Below, piece after piece: positions 8,424 to 17,338 of a DNA stretch of 48,285 bases (position 1 is the first letter of the stretch; the number at the start of each line of letters is the position of its first letter). The position numbers and the translations under genes were made by a program. Source of the DNA: an uncultured Syntrophaceae bacterium (GTDB taxonomy: Bacteria > Desulfobacterota > Syntrophia > Syntrophales > UBA2210); assembly GCA_964387765.1 (NCBI GenBank), contig CAYLXS010000002.1:1-48285 (forward strand), in the 5' to 3' direction. The notes beneath the pieces are model-generated. The model saw nothing but the letters and a program-made list of their open reading frames with translations. It ran no database searches and was not told the DNA's origin.

Positions 8424-10549
8424 GTTCTCTGCTCCAGGATGTTTAGAGTCCTGTTTGCGGAATCCAGAATGGGTGTCCCCGGACCAAATATCGCCGCCAC
8501 ACCTGCATCATAGAGAAAATCATAATCGCTGTGGGGGATTACCCCACCGGCAACTACCTTGATATCTTCTCCGCCCTCTGCCTTAAGGCTTTCTAAAAGC
8601 TGGGGAATAAGGGTCTTGTGCCCGGCAGCCAGGCTTGAAACGCCGATGACATGAACATCATTTTCCACAGCCATTCTGGCCGCCTCCCCCGGAGTCTGAA
8701 ACATGGGACCGATATCCACATCAAACCCAAGATCCGCATAGGCGGTAGCGATCACCTTGCTCCCCCGGTCATGACCATCCTGACCCATCTTGACAACAAG
8801 AATCCGTGGCCGTCTGCCTTCCCTATCCATAAAATTACTTGTTCTCTTTTTTACAGCGGCGAATATTTCATTGTCTGTATATTCAGAAGCATATGCCCCG
8901 GATATACACTGGGTTGTCGCTGTATATCGTCCGAAGACTTTTTCCATGGCGTTTGAGATCTCTCCAACCGTTGCCCTGGCCCGTGTGGCAGATATTGTCA
9001 CTTCCAGAAGATTCCCCCCGGATTCGGCACAGTTTGTTACGGCCTCCAGGGCCTTCAACACAGCGACAGGGTCTCGTTTTGCCTTCAGCTCTTTTAATCT
9101 CGCAACCTGCTCATCCCGAACAGCCTCCGATACTTCACGAATATCATCAAGGGACTCTTCCTCTATCTGATACTTGTTCACCCCCACGATCACATCCAGA
9201 CCCTGGTCTATCCGGGCCTGCTTTCTGGCCGCCGATTCTTCTATTCGCATCTTTGGCATTCCGGTTTCGATGGCCTTGGCCATCCCGCCCAGCTCTTCGA
9301 TCTCATCAATAATCTTTCGCGCCCCCCGGATAATCCCATCTGTCAGAGTCTCAACATAATAGGAGCCGCCCAGCGGATCAATAGCGTGACATGTTTGAGA
9401 TTCTTCCTGAACAATAATCTGAGTATTCCTGGCAATCCTGGCGGAAAAATTCGAGGGTGTGGCCACAGCCTCATCGAATGAATTGGTGTGGAGAGACTGG
9501 GTCCCGCCCAGAACTGCGGCCATACATTCAATGGTGGTGCGTACGATATTATTATATGGATCCTGCTCCGTCAGACTCCAGCCCGATGTTTGGCAATGGG
9601 TCCTGAGTATGGCGGATTTCGGGTTTTGAGGGTTGAACTTGCTGATTAGTTCGTACCAGAGAAAACGGGCGGCTCTCAACATGGCAATCTCCATGAAGAA
9701 ATTCATCCCGATTCCGAAAAAAAATGAGAGTCGCGGCGCAAACGCGTCTATGTCAAGCCCTGCGTTAAGGGCTGCTCTCACATATTGCACCCCATCGGCC
9801 AGGGTAAATGCGGTTTGAAGTATGGAGTTTGCTCCGGCCTCCATCATATGGTAACCGCTTATGCTGACGGTATTATATTTGGGCATATTTTTCGAACAGT
9901 ACCCAATAATATCGGACACAATCCGCATGGAAGGCTCCGGCGGATAGATATATGTATTACGTGTCAAATATTCCTTTAAGATATCATTCTGAATGGTGCC
10001 CGCGAGTTTATCCTGGGTCACACCCTGCTCTTCTGCCGCAACTATGTACCCGGCAAGAATTGGTAGAACGGCGCCGTTCATGGTCATGGAAACCGACATC
10101 TTATCCAGCGGAATCTGATTGAAAAGAACTTTCATGTCCTCCACAGAATCTATTGCAACGCCGGCCTTTCCGATATCGCCAATCACCCTGGGATGATCAG
10201 AGTCATAGCCCCTGTGAGTCGCAAGGTCAAAGGCCACCGAAAGCCCCTTTTGGCCTGCCGCAAGGTTTCTTCTGTAAAACGCATTCGATTCTTTTGCGGT
10301 TGAAAAACCGGCATACTGGCGAATGGTCCAGGGTCTTCCAGCATACATGGTAGCCATGGGACCTCTGGCAAAGGGCGGAAGTCCTGGAAGTGTATTAACG
10401 CATTCCAATCCCTCGATATCCTCGGCAGTATACACGGGTTTGACCTGTATTCCTTCGGGTGTATTCCAGTTGAGTGACTCAAGGGGGTTTCCCCTCAACT
10501 GTTTCGTTGCAAGTTCTCTCCATTTTTTTATATCAGGATGTTCTGACAT
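8420..10549 (-). CDS. scpA: methylmalonyl-CoA mutase, single-chain form (catalytic barrel plus C-terminal B12-binding domain)
   Basis: 709 aa. The N-terminal part has MCM-type substrate-barrel sequence ([27 protein letters not shown]). The C-terminal part has the cobalamin-binding DxHxxG motif ([11 protein letters not shown]). The SD is AGGAGA. Confidence 0.9.
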   Translation of the reverse strand: MSEHPDIKKWRELATKQLRGNPLESLNWNTPEGIQVKPVYTAEDIEGLECVNTLPGLPPFARGPMATMYAGRPWTIRQYAGFSTAKESNAFYRRNLAAGQKGLSVAFDLATHRGYDSDHPRVIGDIGKAGVAIDSVEDMKVLFNQIPLDKMSVSMTMNGAVLPILAGYIVAAEEQGVTQDKLAGTIQNDILKEYLTRNTYIYPPEPSMRIVSDIIGYCSKNMPKYNTVSISGYHMMEAGANSILQTAFTLADGVQYVRAALNAGLDIDAFAPRLSFFFGIGMNFFMEIAMLRAARFLWYELISKFNPQNPKSAILRTHCQTSGWSLTEQDPYNNIVRTTIECMAAVLGGTQSLHTNSFDEAVATPSNFSARIARNTQIIVQEESQTCHAIDPLGGSYYVETLTDGIIRGARKIIDEIEELGGMAKAIETGMPKMRIEESAARKQARIDQGLDVIVGVNKYQIEEESLDDIREVSEAVRDEQVARLKELKAKRDPVAVLKALEAVTNCAESGGNLLEVTISATRARATVGEISNAMEKVFGRYTATTQCISGAYASEYTDNEIFAAVKKRTSNFMDREGRRPRILVVKMGQDGHDRGSKVIATAYADLGFDVDIGPMFQTPGEAARMAVENDVHVIGVSSLAAGHKTLIPQLLESLKAEGGEDIKVVAGGVIPHSDYDFLYDAGVAAIFGPGTPILDSANRTLNILEQRT

Positions 10550-10576
10550 AGTATAATTTCTCCTATATCTGAGCTT

Positions 10577-12112
10577 CTATAAAGGTATATTTCCATGTTT
10601 CCTGTAAGGACGGTCTTCCTTTTTGTTTTTCAACATCTTCAACGCGCTTATTATAACAGGCCTTGTTTCTTTCGGTTCAATAATCTGCTCAATCATCGCA
10701 TGTTTGGCTGCCTGGTAAGGGGTGGCAAATTCCGCGACATACTCATCTTTTTTCTTCTGCTTGGATTCTGAGGATTCTTTCCGGTATATAATGTCCGCCG
10801 CACCGTCGGCTCCCATCACGGCAATCTCGGCCGTCGGCCATGCAACAACCATGTCGGCGCCGGATTCACCGGAACACATACCGAGATAAGAACCACCATA
10901 AGCCTTACGGATTACAATAGTTATTTTCGGCACCGTCGCTTCCGGATATACGTACAACAGCTTGGCCCCATGTCTTATTATTCCACCAAACTCCTGCCTC
11001 GTACCGGGCAGATACCCCGGTACATCGACAAAAGTAAGTATGGGTATATTAAAGCAGTCACAGAACCGGATGAAACGGGCCGCCTTATCAGATGCATCGA
11101 TATCGATACAACCCGCCAAGAATCGCGGCTGATTTGCTATGATTCCAACAGAAGAACCATTCATTCGTGCAAAACAGGTGATCATATTCGGGGCAAAGAG
11201 CTTTTGACTTTCATAGATTTCACCATTATCGACAACCATCTTTATCAATTTTTTCATATCATATGGACGATTGCTGCTTTCCGGTACTATTGTATTAAGT
11301 TTTTCTTCCATGCGACCTGCTGGATCATCACATTTGATAACAGGCGGTTTTTCATTGTGATTTGCCGGCAGGTAACTCAACAATATTTTGATTTGATTGA
11401 TGCAGTCCTCATCGGTATCCGCCATAAAGTGGGAAACGCCACTCTTCTGGTTATGAGTCATTGCGCCTCCAAGTTCAACAGCGGAAACATCTTCACCGGT
11501 AGTGGCTTTAACCACAACAGGACCGGTAATGAACATCTGCGCGTAGTCCTGCTTGACCATATAGACAAAGTCCATCAATGCAGGTGAATAAACTGCTCCA
11601 CCCGCTGACGGACCCATAATAGCACATATCTGAGGGATTAATCCGGATGCCATTGTGTTTTTGTAAAATATTCTTCCGTATCCGGCAAGGGAATCGACCG
11701 CTTCCTGAATTCTTGCACCGCCGGAATCATTCAGCCCGACTACGGGACAACCGGCAAGCATGGCTTCTTCCAGACACTTTACGATCTTAGTAGCATGCAT
11801 CTCACCGAGAGAACCGCCTATTACACCAAAATCCTGCGCATAGGCAAATACCGTTCTCCCGTCGACATCACCATAACCTGTTACGACTCCTTCACCGAGA
11901 ATCTCTTTATCGGCCATACCAAAATTCACGCATCTGTGTTCAACAAACTTATACAGTTCCGTAAAAGTGCCTTCATCAAAGAGCAGGGCCAGTCTTTCGC
12001 GGGCAGTTAATCTCCCTGTTGCATGCAATTTTTCGACAGCTTTTTCTCCGCCACCGGCCTCGATCTTCCTTGCTTTTTCCTTCATTAATTCTAATTTTTC
12101 CTGATTCGTCAC
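10577..12112 (-). CDS. acyl-CoA carboxyltransferase (methylmalonyl-CoA carboxyltransferase 12S / decarboxylase alpha / propionyl-CoA carboxylase beta family)
   Basis: Carboxyl-transferase family sequence throughout (GRLTARERL, NDSGGARIQE, RKAYGGSY). The start is taken at GTG 12112 (VTNQEKLEL), 8 nt after AGGAGGAGGA. The ORF-track start at 12199 has no SD. Confidence 0.85.
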   Translation of the reverse strand: MTNQEKLELMKEKARKIEAGGGEKAVEKLHATGRLTARERLALLFDEGTFTELYKFVEHRCVNFGMADKEILGEGVVTGYGDVDGRTVFAYAQDFGVIGGSLGEMHATKIVKCLEEAMLAGCPVVGLNDSGGARIQEAVDSLAGYGRIFYKNTMASGLIPQICAIMGPSAGGAVYSPALMDFVYMVKQDYAQMFITGPVVVKATTGEDVSAVELGGAMTHNQKSGVSHFMADTDEDCINQIKILLSYLPANHNEKPPVIKCDDPAGRMEEKLNTIVPESSNRPYDMKKLIKMVVDNGEIYESQKLFAPNMITCFARMNGSSVGIIANQPRFLAGCIDIDASDKAARFIRFCDCFNIPILTFVDVPGYLPGTRQEFGGIIRHGAKLLYVYPEATVPKITIVIRKAYGGSYLGMCSGESGADMVVAWPTAEIAVMGADGAADIIYRKESSESKQKKKDEYVAEFATPYQAAKHAMIEQIIEPKETRPVIISALKMLKNKKEDRPYRKHGNIPL

Positions 12113-12205
12113 TAAACTTATCCTCCTCCTGTAATGACTCCAATATTTTTTAAAAAACCGAGGCTTTAGTATCATGTCAATCAAGGCATATAATTGCAAC
12201 CGCAG

Positions 12206-12262
12206 AAAGAAATCTAAAATTTCTCAGTCGTGAAAACTCCTTCGAAATGACAGGGTATCGCT
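12206..12262. repeat. second copy (opposite orientation, one end only) of the family-B element, located inside the methylmalonyl-CoA operon
   Basis: The reverse complement, gtcatttcgaaggagttttcacgactgagaaattttagattt, aligns with 1041..1085. It lies in the 159-bp spacer between the epimerase stop and the carboxyltransferase GTG. Confidence 0.5.
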
Positions 12263-12271
12263 GACACAACT

Positions 12272-12676
12272 TTAGTCTCTCTGACACAATTCCAAAAGGA
12301 TCCCGTTCGTAGCCTTGGGATGTATGAAAGCAATCTTTGTACCACCCGCGCCACGTCGCGGCGTTTCATCAATCAGCCTGACCCCTTTGCTTTTCAGTTC
12401 TTCGAGAGCAGCTTCAACGTCATCGACTCTCAGTGCTATGTGTTGTATCCCTTCACCATTTTTGGAGATATACCTGGCAATGGGTCCATCCGGAGCGGTC
12501 GATTCCAGTATCTCAAGCTCGGATTCTCCAACCGGCAGGAAAGCGGTTCGTACCTTCTGCTCTGTCACTTCTTCGGTTCCAACCAATTTCAACCCCAGCA
12601 TCTGCGTATAGAAATTTACACTTCCGTCTATACTGTTGGCCGCGATACCAATATGATCCACACACAAAATCTTCAT
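12272..12676 (-). CDS. mce: methylmalonyl-CoA epimerase (VOC/glyoxalase fold)
   Basis: 134 aa from ATG 12676 (MKILCVDHIGIA), preceded by GAGGAG. It has the VOC-type H...E...H...E metal-ligand spacing (DHIGI, ELLE, QHIAL, LELC). It is the first gene of the methylmalonyl-CoA operon. Confidence 0.8.
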   Translation of the reverse strand: MKILCVDHIGIAANSIDGSVNFYTQMLGLKLVGTEEVTEQKVRTAFLPVGESELEILESTAPDGPIARYISKNGEGIQHIALRVDDVEAALEELKSKGVRLIDETPRRGAGGTKIAFIHPKATNGILLELCQRD

Positions 12677-12809
12677 ATAAAATCTCCTCAAAACAGGACT
12701 ATGCCACGGGTAAGGTCTCTTAATGTGACAAAAATTCGGCTTGTTCTTATTACTTACCACAATGGATTTGACATACAAAGTATTTTTGTAATGGGAAAAT
12801 GGTTTTTAC

Positions 12810-12836
12810 TTGACCTCACACAATATATGGTATGAT
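12810..12836 (+). promoter_or_regulatory. candidate sigma70 promoter for the 2-oxoacid oxidoreductase operon
   Basis: TTGACC (12810..12815), a 15-nt spacer, then TG-n-TATGAT (extended -10, 12831..12836), 76 nt upstream of the korD-like ATG. The spacer is short. Confidence 0.3.
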
Positions 12837-12911
12837 AACAATATCAGAAAAGATAATGAAATAAACAAAGCAGTGGTTGGCAAAACTTTTTAATGTGATA
12901 GAAAGCGCGTC

Positions 12912-13115
12912 ATGGATACGGAAACGAAAAATAGGAAATTACCTGTTATCAGAAGAGGCTGGTGCAAGGGGTGTGGAATTTGTGTTGAGTTTTGTCCACA
13001 GGATGCTTTGTCAATGGATGATATGGGAAAGGCTATACTTGAATATCCAGAAAAGTGCAATGGCTGTGGAATGTGCGAGCTACGCTGTCCTGATCTTGCG
13101 ATTGAGCTGGAATAG
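12912..13115 (+). CDS. 2-oxoacid:ferredoxin oxidoreductase delta subunit (2x[4Fe-4S] ferredoxin domain)
   Basis: 67 aa with two CxxCxxCxxxCP motifs (CKGCGICVEFCP and CNGCGMCELRCP). It is the first gene of a delta-alpha-beta-gamma set. Confidence 0.8.
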   Translation: MDTETKNRKLPVIRRGWCKGCGICVEFCPQDALSMDDMGKAILEYPEKCNGCGMCELRCPDLAIELE

Positions 13116-13204
13116 AATATCTTATTGACCTTTTTCTGATACCTTATCCGACTGAAAAGCAAGACAAAACTAAGCATCTATTTAGTAAGGAGGTAATTTT
13201 CGAA

Positions 13205-14353
13205 GTGAAGAAAGATGTCAGGTTTGTTCAAGGTAATGAAGCTTGTGTCAGGGGAGCTCTTTATGCAGGGCTTGATTTTTTTGCCGGTTACCCGATAACC
13301 CCTTCCACAGAAATTGCAGAGCTGCTCTCGCGTCGTTTGCCCGCGAAGAGAGGAAAATTTATTCAGATGGAGGATGAACTTTCCTCCATGTGTGCCGTAA
13401 TCGGCGCCTCGCTTACAGGGAAAAAGGTTATGACCGCAACCTCGGGACCCGGTTTTTCCTTGAAGCAGGAGGCCCTTGGTTTTGCTGTGATGACTGAAAC
13501 TCCATGCGTTGTCGTTGATGTTCAGCGGGGAGGCCCTTCGACGGGTCTCCCTACAAGTGGAAGCCAGGGAGATGTTATGCAGGCGCGCTGGGGAACCCAT
13601 GGAGATCACGCTATTATCGTTTTAACTGCATCCAACAGCCAGGACGTTTTTGCAATAACGGTTGAGGCCTTTAATCTGGCGGAAACCTTCAGGACACCGG
13701 TTATTTTGCTTCTCGATGAAGTCGTTGGCCATACGAGGGAAAAACTTATGGAGCCGAGGGCAGGGGAGATTAATGTGGTAGATAGATTAAAAACGTCCGT
13801 GCCGGCAGGAACCGATTACCATCCGTATCTGCCAAGGGAGGATGGCCGCCTGCCCATGTCTGATTTCGGAGGTGACCACCGGCATAATGTCACAGGACTG
13901 GCGCATGACATGTGGGGATTTCCTTCAAATAAACCGGATATTGTATATGGGCTGATGCACCATCTGGTAGACAAGATTGAAACCCATGTAAATGAAATCA
14001 CGAGAATAAAGGAATTCTTTGTTGATGATGCGGAATGCCTCCTGATTTCTTATGGGTCCTCCGCCAGAACGGCCCTTCACATTGTAAAAAACAGGAGAGC
14101 ACGGGGTGAAAAACTTGGGCTGTTGGAATTACAGACTCTCTGGCCCTTTCCTGCCAAACTTGTCAGGGAGCGATGTGCCTCTGCGAATCATATAATTGTG
14201 GTAGAAATGAATATGGGCCAGATACTTGGTGAGGTAAAGAAGGCAGTCAAGAATCCTGACAGGGTTTTTCTTGCCAACAGGATCGACGGTGGATTTATTA
14301 CACCTACCAATGTTTTGAATATCATAAGAATCACCCAGGGGAAAGGGGTGTAG
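13205..14353 (+). CDS. 2-oxoacid:ferredoxin oxidoreductase alpha subunit (Oor/Kor-type; substrate not determinable from sequence alone)
   Basis: 382 aa with N-terminal alpha-subunit sequence (GNEACVRGALYAGLDFFAGYPITPSTEI). GTG start at 13205, downstream of AAGGAGG. Confidence 0.85.
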   Translation: MKKDVRFVQGNEACVRGALYAGLDFFAGYPITPSTEIAELLSRRLPAKRGKFIQMEDELSSMCAVIGASLTGKKVMTATSGPGFSLKQEALGFAVMTETPCVVVDVQRGGPSTGLPTSGSQGDVMQARWGTHGDHAIIVLTASNSQDVFAITVEAFNLAETFRTPVILLLDEVVGHTREKLMEPRAGEINVVDRLKTSVPAGTDYHPYLPREDGRLPMSDFGGDHRHNVTGLAHDMWGFPSNKPDIVYGLMHHLVDKIETHVNEITRIKEFFVDDAECLLISYGSSARTALHIVKNRRARGEKLGLLELQTLWPFPAKLVRERCASANHIIVVEMNMGQILGEVKKAVKNPDRVFLANRIDGGFITPTNVLNIIRITQGKGV

Positions 14354-14356
14354 GAA

Positions 14357-15160
14357 ATGGCAGTTAAAGACTATATCAGAAAAAGATTTTTCCCTCATAT
14401 GTTGTGCCCCGGTTGCGGTCACGGCACTATAATGACTGCCATTATCCGTGCGATTGAGAACCTCGGTTTGGAAAAAAATCATATTGCTGTAATTTCGGGT
14501 ATTGGATGTTCTGCCCGTATCAGTGGCTACCTCGATTTTCATACCCTGCATACACTCCACGGCCGGGCCCTTGCCTTTGCCACCGGTGTCAAACTGAGCA
14601 GACCGGAACTTACAGTAATAGTCCCCATGGGGGACGGTGATGCCTGTGCTATCGGAGGTAACCATTTTATCCATGCCGCGAGACGCAATATCGATGTAAC
14701 TGCCATTATCATGAACAACAGCATCTATGGTATGACAGGAGGCCAGTACTCTCCGTTGACAGGATACGGAGAATTTGCCACGACCGCACCCTATGGAAAT
14801 ATAGACCATTCTTTTGATGTGGTTAAGCTTGCAACCGGTGCAGGCGCCTCCTTTGTTGCCAGGACGACAACCTATCACGTCAATGCAATGGTGAAGATAT
14901 TTGAGAAGGCCATTGCGCATAAAGGATTTTCGGTTGTCGAAGTCCTGTCTCAGTGCCCAACACAGTTTGGCCGAAGAAATAACATTCCCAGTGCAGTGGA
15001 TATGCTCAATGGTTATAAAACCAATACGACTCCCATAGGGAGTAAGGAAAAGGAGAAAAACCCCGATCTCATAGAACGAGGCATATTTGTCCAGGAAGAA
15101 CGGCCAGAGTACTGTGCTGAATATGACAAAGTTATAGAAAGGGCGTCTAAAGAAAGGTAA
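14357..15160 (+). CDS. 2-oxoacid:ferredoxin oxidoreductase beta subunit (TPP-binding)
   Basis: 267 aa with CPGCGHG near the N-terminus and the TPP motif GDGD...GGNH...NN. It starts 3 nt after the alpha stop. Confidence 0.85.
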   Translation: MAVKDYIRKRFFPHMLCPGCGHGTIMTAIIRAIENLGLEKNHIAVISGIGCSARISGYLDFHTLHTLHGRALAFATGVKLSRPELTVIVPMGDGDACAIGGNHFIHAARRNIDVTAIIMNNSIYGMTGGQYSPLTGYGEFATTAPYGNIDHSFDVVKLATGAGASFVARTTTYHVNAMVKIFEKAIAHKGFSVVEVLSQCPTQFGRRNNIPSAVDMLNGYKTNTTPIGSKEKEKNPDLIERGIFVQEERPEYCAEYDKVIERASKER

Positions 15161-15163
15161 ATT

Positions 15164-15721
15164 ATGGAAAGACGTAGAATCATTCTCTCCGGTTCAGGCG
15201 GACAGGGTGTGATTACAGCGGCCATTATACTGGCAGAGGCCGCTCTCCTTTATGAAGGGTTGAACGCAGTCCAATCCCAGTCATACGGCCCTGAAGCCAG
15301 AGGAGGAGCGAGCCGTTCAGATATTATCATTTCCGATACGGATATACTGTTTCCCAAGGTTGTCGAGCCAAACATTTTAGTGTGTCTTACTCAGGAGGCA
15401 TATGATAAATTCTCCGGGCTTATCCGACCCGGAGGTCTTCTTCTGACCGACAGCCATTATGTCAAACAAAATGAAAAGGTTGATGCGAAGCAGATAGAAC
15501 TTGATATGTATACAGAGGTTATCGATAAGATCGGGAAGCCAATTGTCTTCAACATATGCATGCTAGGGGTCTTGATTACCTTCTTAAAGATAGTTAGCCC
15601 GAAGTCCATAATGAAGGTACTGGAGGTCAGGATTCCTTCCGCTTTTTTACAGATTAACCAGGATGCCCTCGACCTTGGAATCAAAATGGCTGAAAATTAT
15701 TCAGCAAAGGTGACAGGATAA
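15164..15721 (+). CDS. 2-oxoacid:ferredoxin oxidoreductase gamma subunit
   Basis: 185 aa with the GSGGQGV motif. It starts 3 nt after the beta stop. Confidence 0.85.
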   Translation: MERRRIILSGSGGQGVITAAIILAEAALLYEGLNAVQSQSYGPEARGGASRSDIIISDTDILFPKVVEPNILVCLTQEAYDKFSGLIRPGGLLLTDSHYVKQNEKVDAKQIELDMYTEVIDKIGKPIVFNICMLGVLITFLKIVSPKSIMKVLEVRIPSAFLQINQDALDLGIKMAENYSAKVTG

Positions 15722-15741
15722 CAGGTGTTATATTTCGCTCT

Positions 15742-15756
15742 TGGCAGGCGATTTGC
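15742..15756 (+). promoter_or_regulatory. candidate sigma54 (-24/-12) promoter
   Basis: TGGCAG-gcgat-TTGC matches TGGCAC-N5-TTGC with correct spacing. It lies in the 162-bp spacer, about 128 nt upstream of the ATG at 15884. No enhancer-binding protein gene is in the window. Confidence 0.35.
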
Positions 15757-15883
15757 CGGTAATTTCTTTTACCGATAAATCGCTTTCCCTGTTCCTGCCC
15801 CATCCGGTACGTCCTGCCGGTTGTTATAGAAGACTGTTCGTAAACAGTGGTGTATTATCGGACAGTTTCCTGGATAAAAAGAG

Positions 15884-16510
15884 ATGAAGATGATTATGAC
15901 CGGACAAATATTAAGAGAATTAAAAAATCACGCCCCCTTTACTCTCCTCGGTGCAGTTACCGGTATGGTACTTATGGTTCTCTTTCAGCATGTACCCCAC
16001 ACAACTGCCATGAATATATTCTATGTTCTCCATCCAATACACGTTGTTCTGAGTGCCCTTGTCACGGCATCCATGTATGAACTTCACAAATGTGGAGGGG
16101 TCGGAGGTAAATGCAATATCTGGATTCTGCTGGTTATCGGTTATGCAGGCTCTATAGGCATTGCCACTATAAGTGATTCCCTGATCCCCTATCTTGGCGA
16201 AGTTATGCTTAATATGCCTAACAGGGGTCTTCATATCGGCTTTATCGAAAAGTGGTGGCTGGTAAATCCCCTGGCAATACTGGGAGTAGCCATAGCTTAT
16301 TTCCGGCCGTCAACAAAGTTTCCTCATGCGGGACATGTTCTCCTGAGCACATGGGCCTCAATCTTTCATGTTATCATGGCTGTGGGAGGTACATTAAACT
16401 GGCTGTCGTACTTTGCCGTCTTCATCTTCCTGTTTATTGCCGTCCTGATACCCTGTTGTGTCAGTGACATCGTATTCCCGCTGTTGTTCACGGGAAACTC
16501 AAAAAAATAA
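15884..16510 (+). CDS. hypothetical polytopic membrane protein with several intramembrane His motifs
   Basis: 208 aa with about 6 predicted TM helices. Recurrent His motifs: HVPH, HPIH, LHIG, PHAGH, FHV. I recognise no family. The start is uncertain among ATG 15884, 15890 and 15896. Confidence 0.5.
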   Translation: MKMIMTGQILRELKNHAPFTLLGAVTGMVLMVLFQHVPHTTAMNIFYVLHPIHVVLSALVTASMYELHKCGGVGGKCNIWILLVIGYAGSIGIATISDSLIPYLGEVMLNMPNRGLHIGFIEKWWLVNPLAILGVAIAYFRPSTKFPHAGHVLLSTWASIFHVIMAVGGTLNWLSYFAVFIFLFIAVLIPCCVSDIVFPLLFTGNSKK

Positions 16511-16550
16511 CGGATATATACCCGTTTTCAGGGGAATAAAGCGAAATCCG

Positions 16551-17285
16551 ATGATCATTCAAACTCTCTCAGATGCGAAAATCCTGTCTGAAAAAATCGC
16601 CGGCACATTTGCCGCTCCTCGTTTTTACCGGGAGAAAAAGACTGAGATCCGTGAATCTCTCCTTCTGTTTGAAAACAATCCGATAGTCACAGCATGTATT
16701 GAGATAATAACCGCGAGGGTAAACTTCTCCGGTCATGGATTGTCTCATGCAAGGAAGGTTGCGATAGACGCGGGGACCATAATTCTCATCGAAGGGCGGC
16801 ATACAATGGAAGCGGACAATGTAAATCGCTCTGTTGCCCTGGCACATATAGCCGGCATTCTGCATGACATAAAAAGATCAAGCAAAAATCACGCCCGGCG
16901 GGGAGCTGAAGAAGCGAAGACGATACTCAGGAAATTTGACCTTACAGATAAAGAACAAACGTCTGTGGTCAACGCGATAGGAAATCACGAGGCCTTTCAG
17001 TCATGCACCTCTATTGCCGATCCGGACGCTCAGCTCCTGTCTGATGCCCTGTACGACGCAGATAAGTTTCGGTGGGGCCCCGATAATTTCACGGAAATGA
17101 TATGGGATATATCAGATACCTTTAATATCCCAATTGAAATTTTATTAGACCATTTTCCCGCCGGATTGAAAGCCCTGGAAAAGATCAGGGATACCTTCCG
17201 CACATCTACAGGCAGGGAGTACGGCCCCGACTTCATCGCCCTTGGTCTGAAGATAGGGGAAAGACTATACACAGAACTCCGATAA
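16551..17285 (+). CDS. HD-domain phosphohydrolase superfamily protein
   Basis: H...HD...D pattern (GLSHARKV, GILHDIKR, NHEA, YDADK). The start is taken at ATG 16551 (MIIQTL), after the stop of the preceding gene. The ORF-track start at 16458 overlaps that gene. Confidence 0.65.
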   Translation: MIIQTLSDAKILSEKIAGTFAAPRFYREKKTEIRESLLLFENNPIVTACIEIITARVNFSGHGLSHARKVAIDAGTIILIEGRHTMEADNVNRSVALAHIAGILHDIKRSSKNHARRGAEEAKTILRKFDLTDKEQTSVVNAIGNHEAFQSCTSIADPDAQLLSDALYDADKFRWGPDNFTEMIWDISDTFNIPIEILLDHFPAGLKALEKIRDTFRTSTGREYGPDFIALGLKIGERLYTELR

Positions 17286-17299
17286 GAACATCTCCAGAA

Positions 17300-17324
17300 T
17301 TCCCCGCCGCAGTCCGGCGGGGAA
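17300..17324. terminator. GC-rich hairpin between the convergent HD and KamA genes (possible bidirectional terminator)
   Basis: TTCCCCGCCG-cagtc-CGGCGGGGAA, a perfect 10-bp stem. There is no clear U tract on either side. Confidence 0.4.
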
Positions 17325-17338
17325 CGGTACTGAAGACC

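Noticed and set aside
12877-13128. 83-aa ORF overlapping the ferredoxin-like delta subunit in another frame
   Set aside because: The 12912..13115 frame encodes two perfect CxxCxxCxxxCP clusters. The alternative frame has no features.
14129-14920. 263-aa minus-strand ORF in the ORF track
   Set aside because: It lies entirely antisense to the strongly recognisable alpha and beta oxidoreductase genes. It has no SD and no recognisable motifs, and its Cys/Gly/His-rich composition is typical of a shadow ORF.
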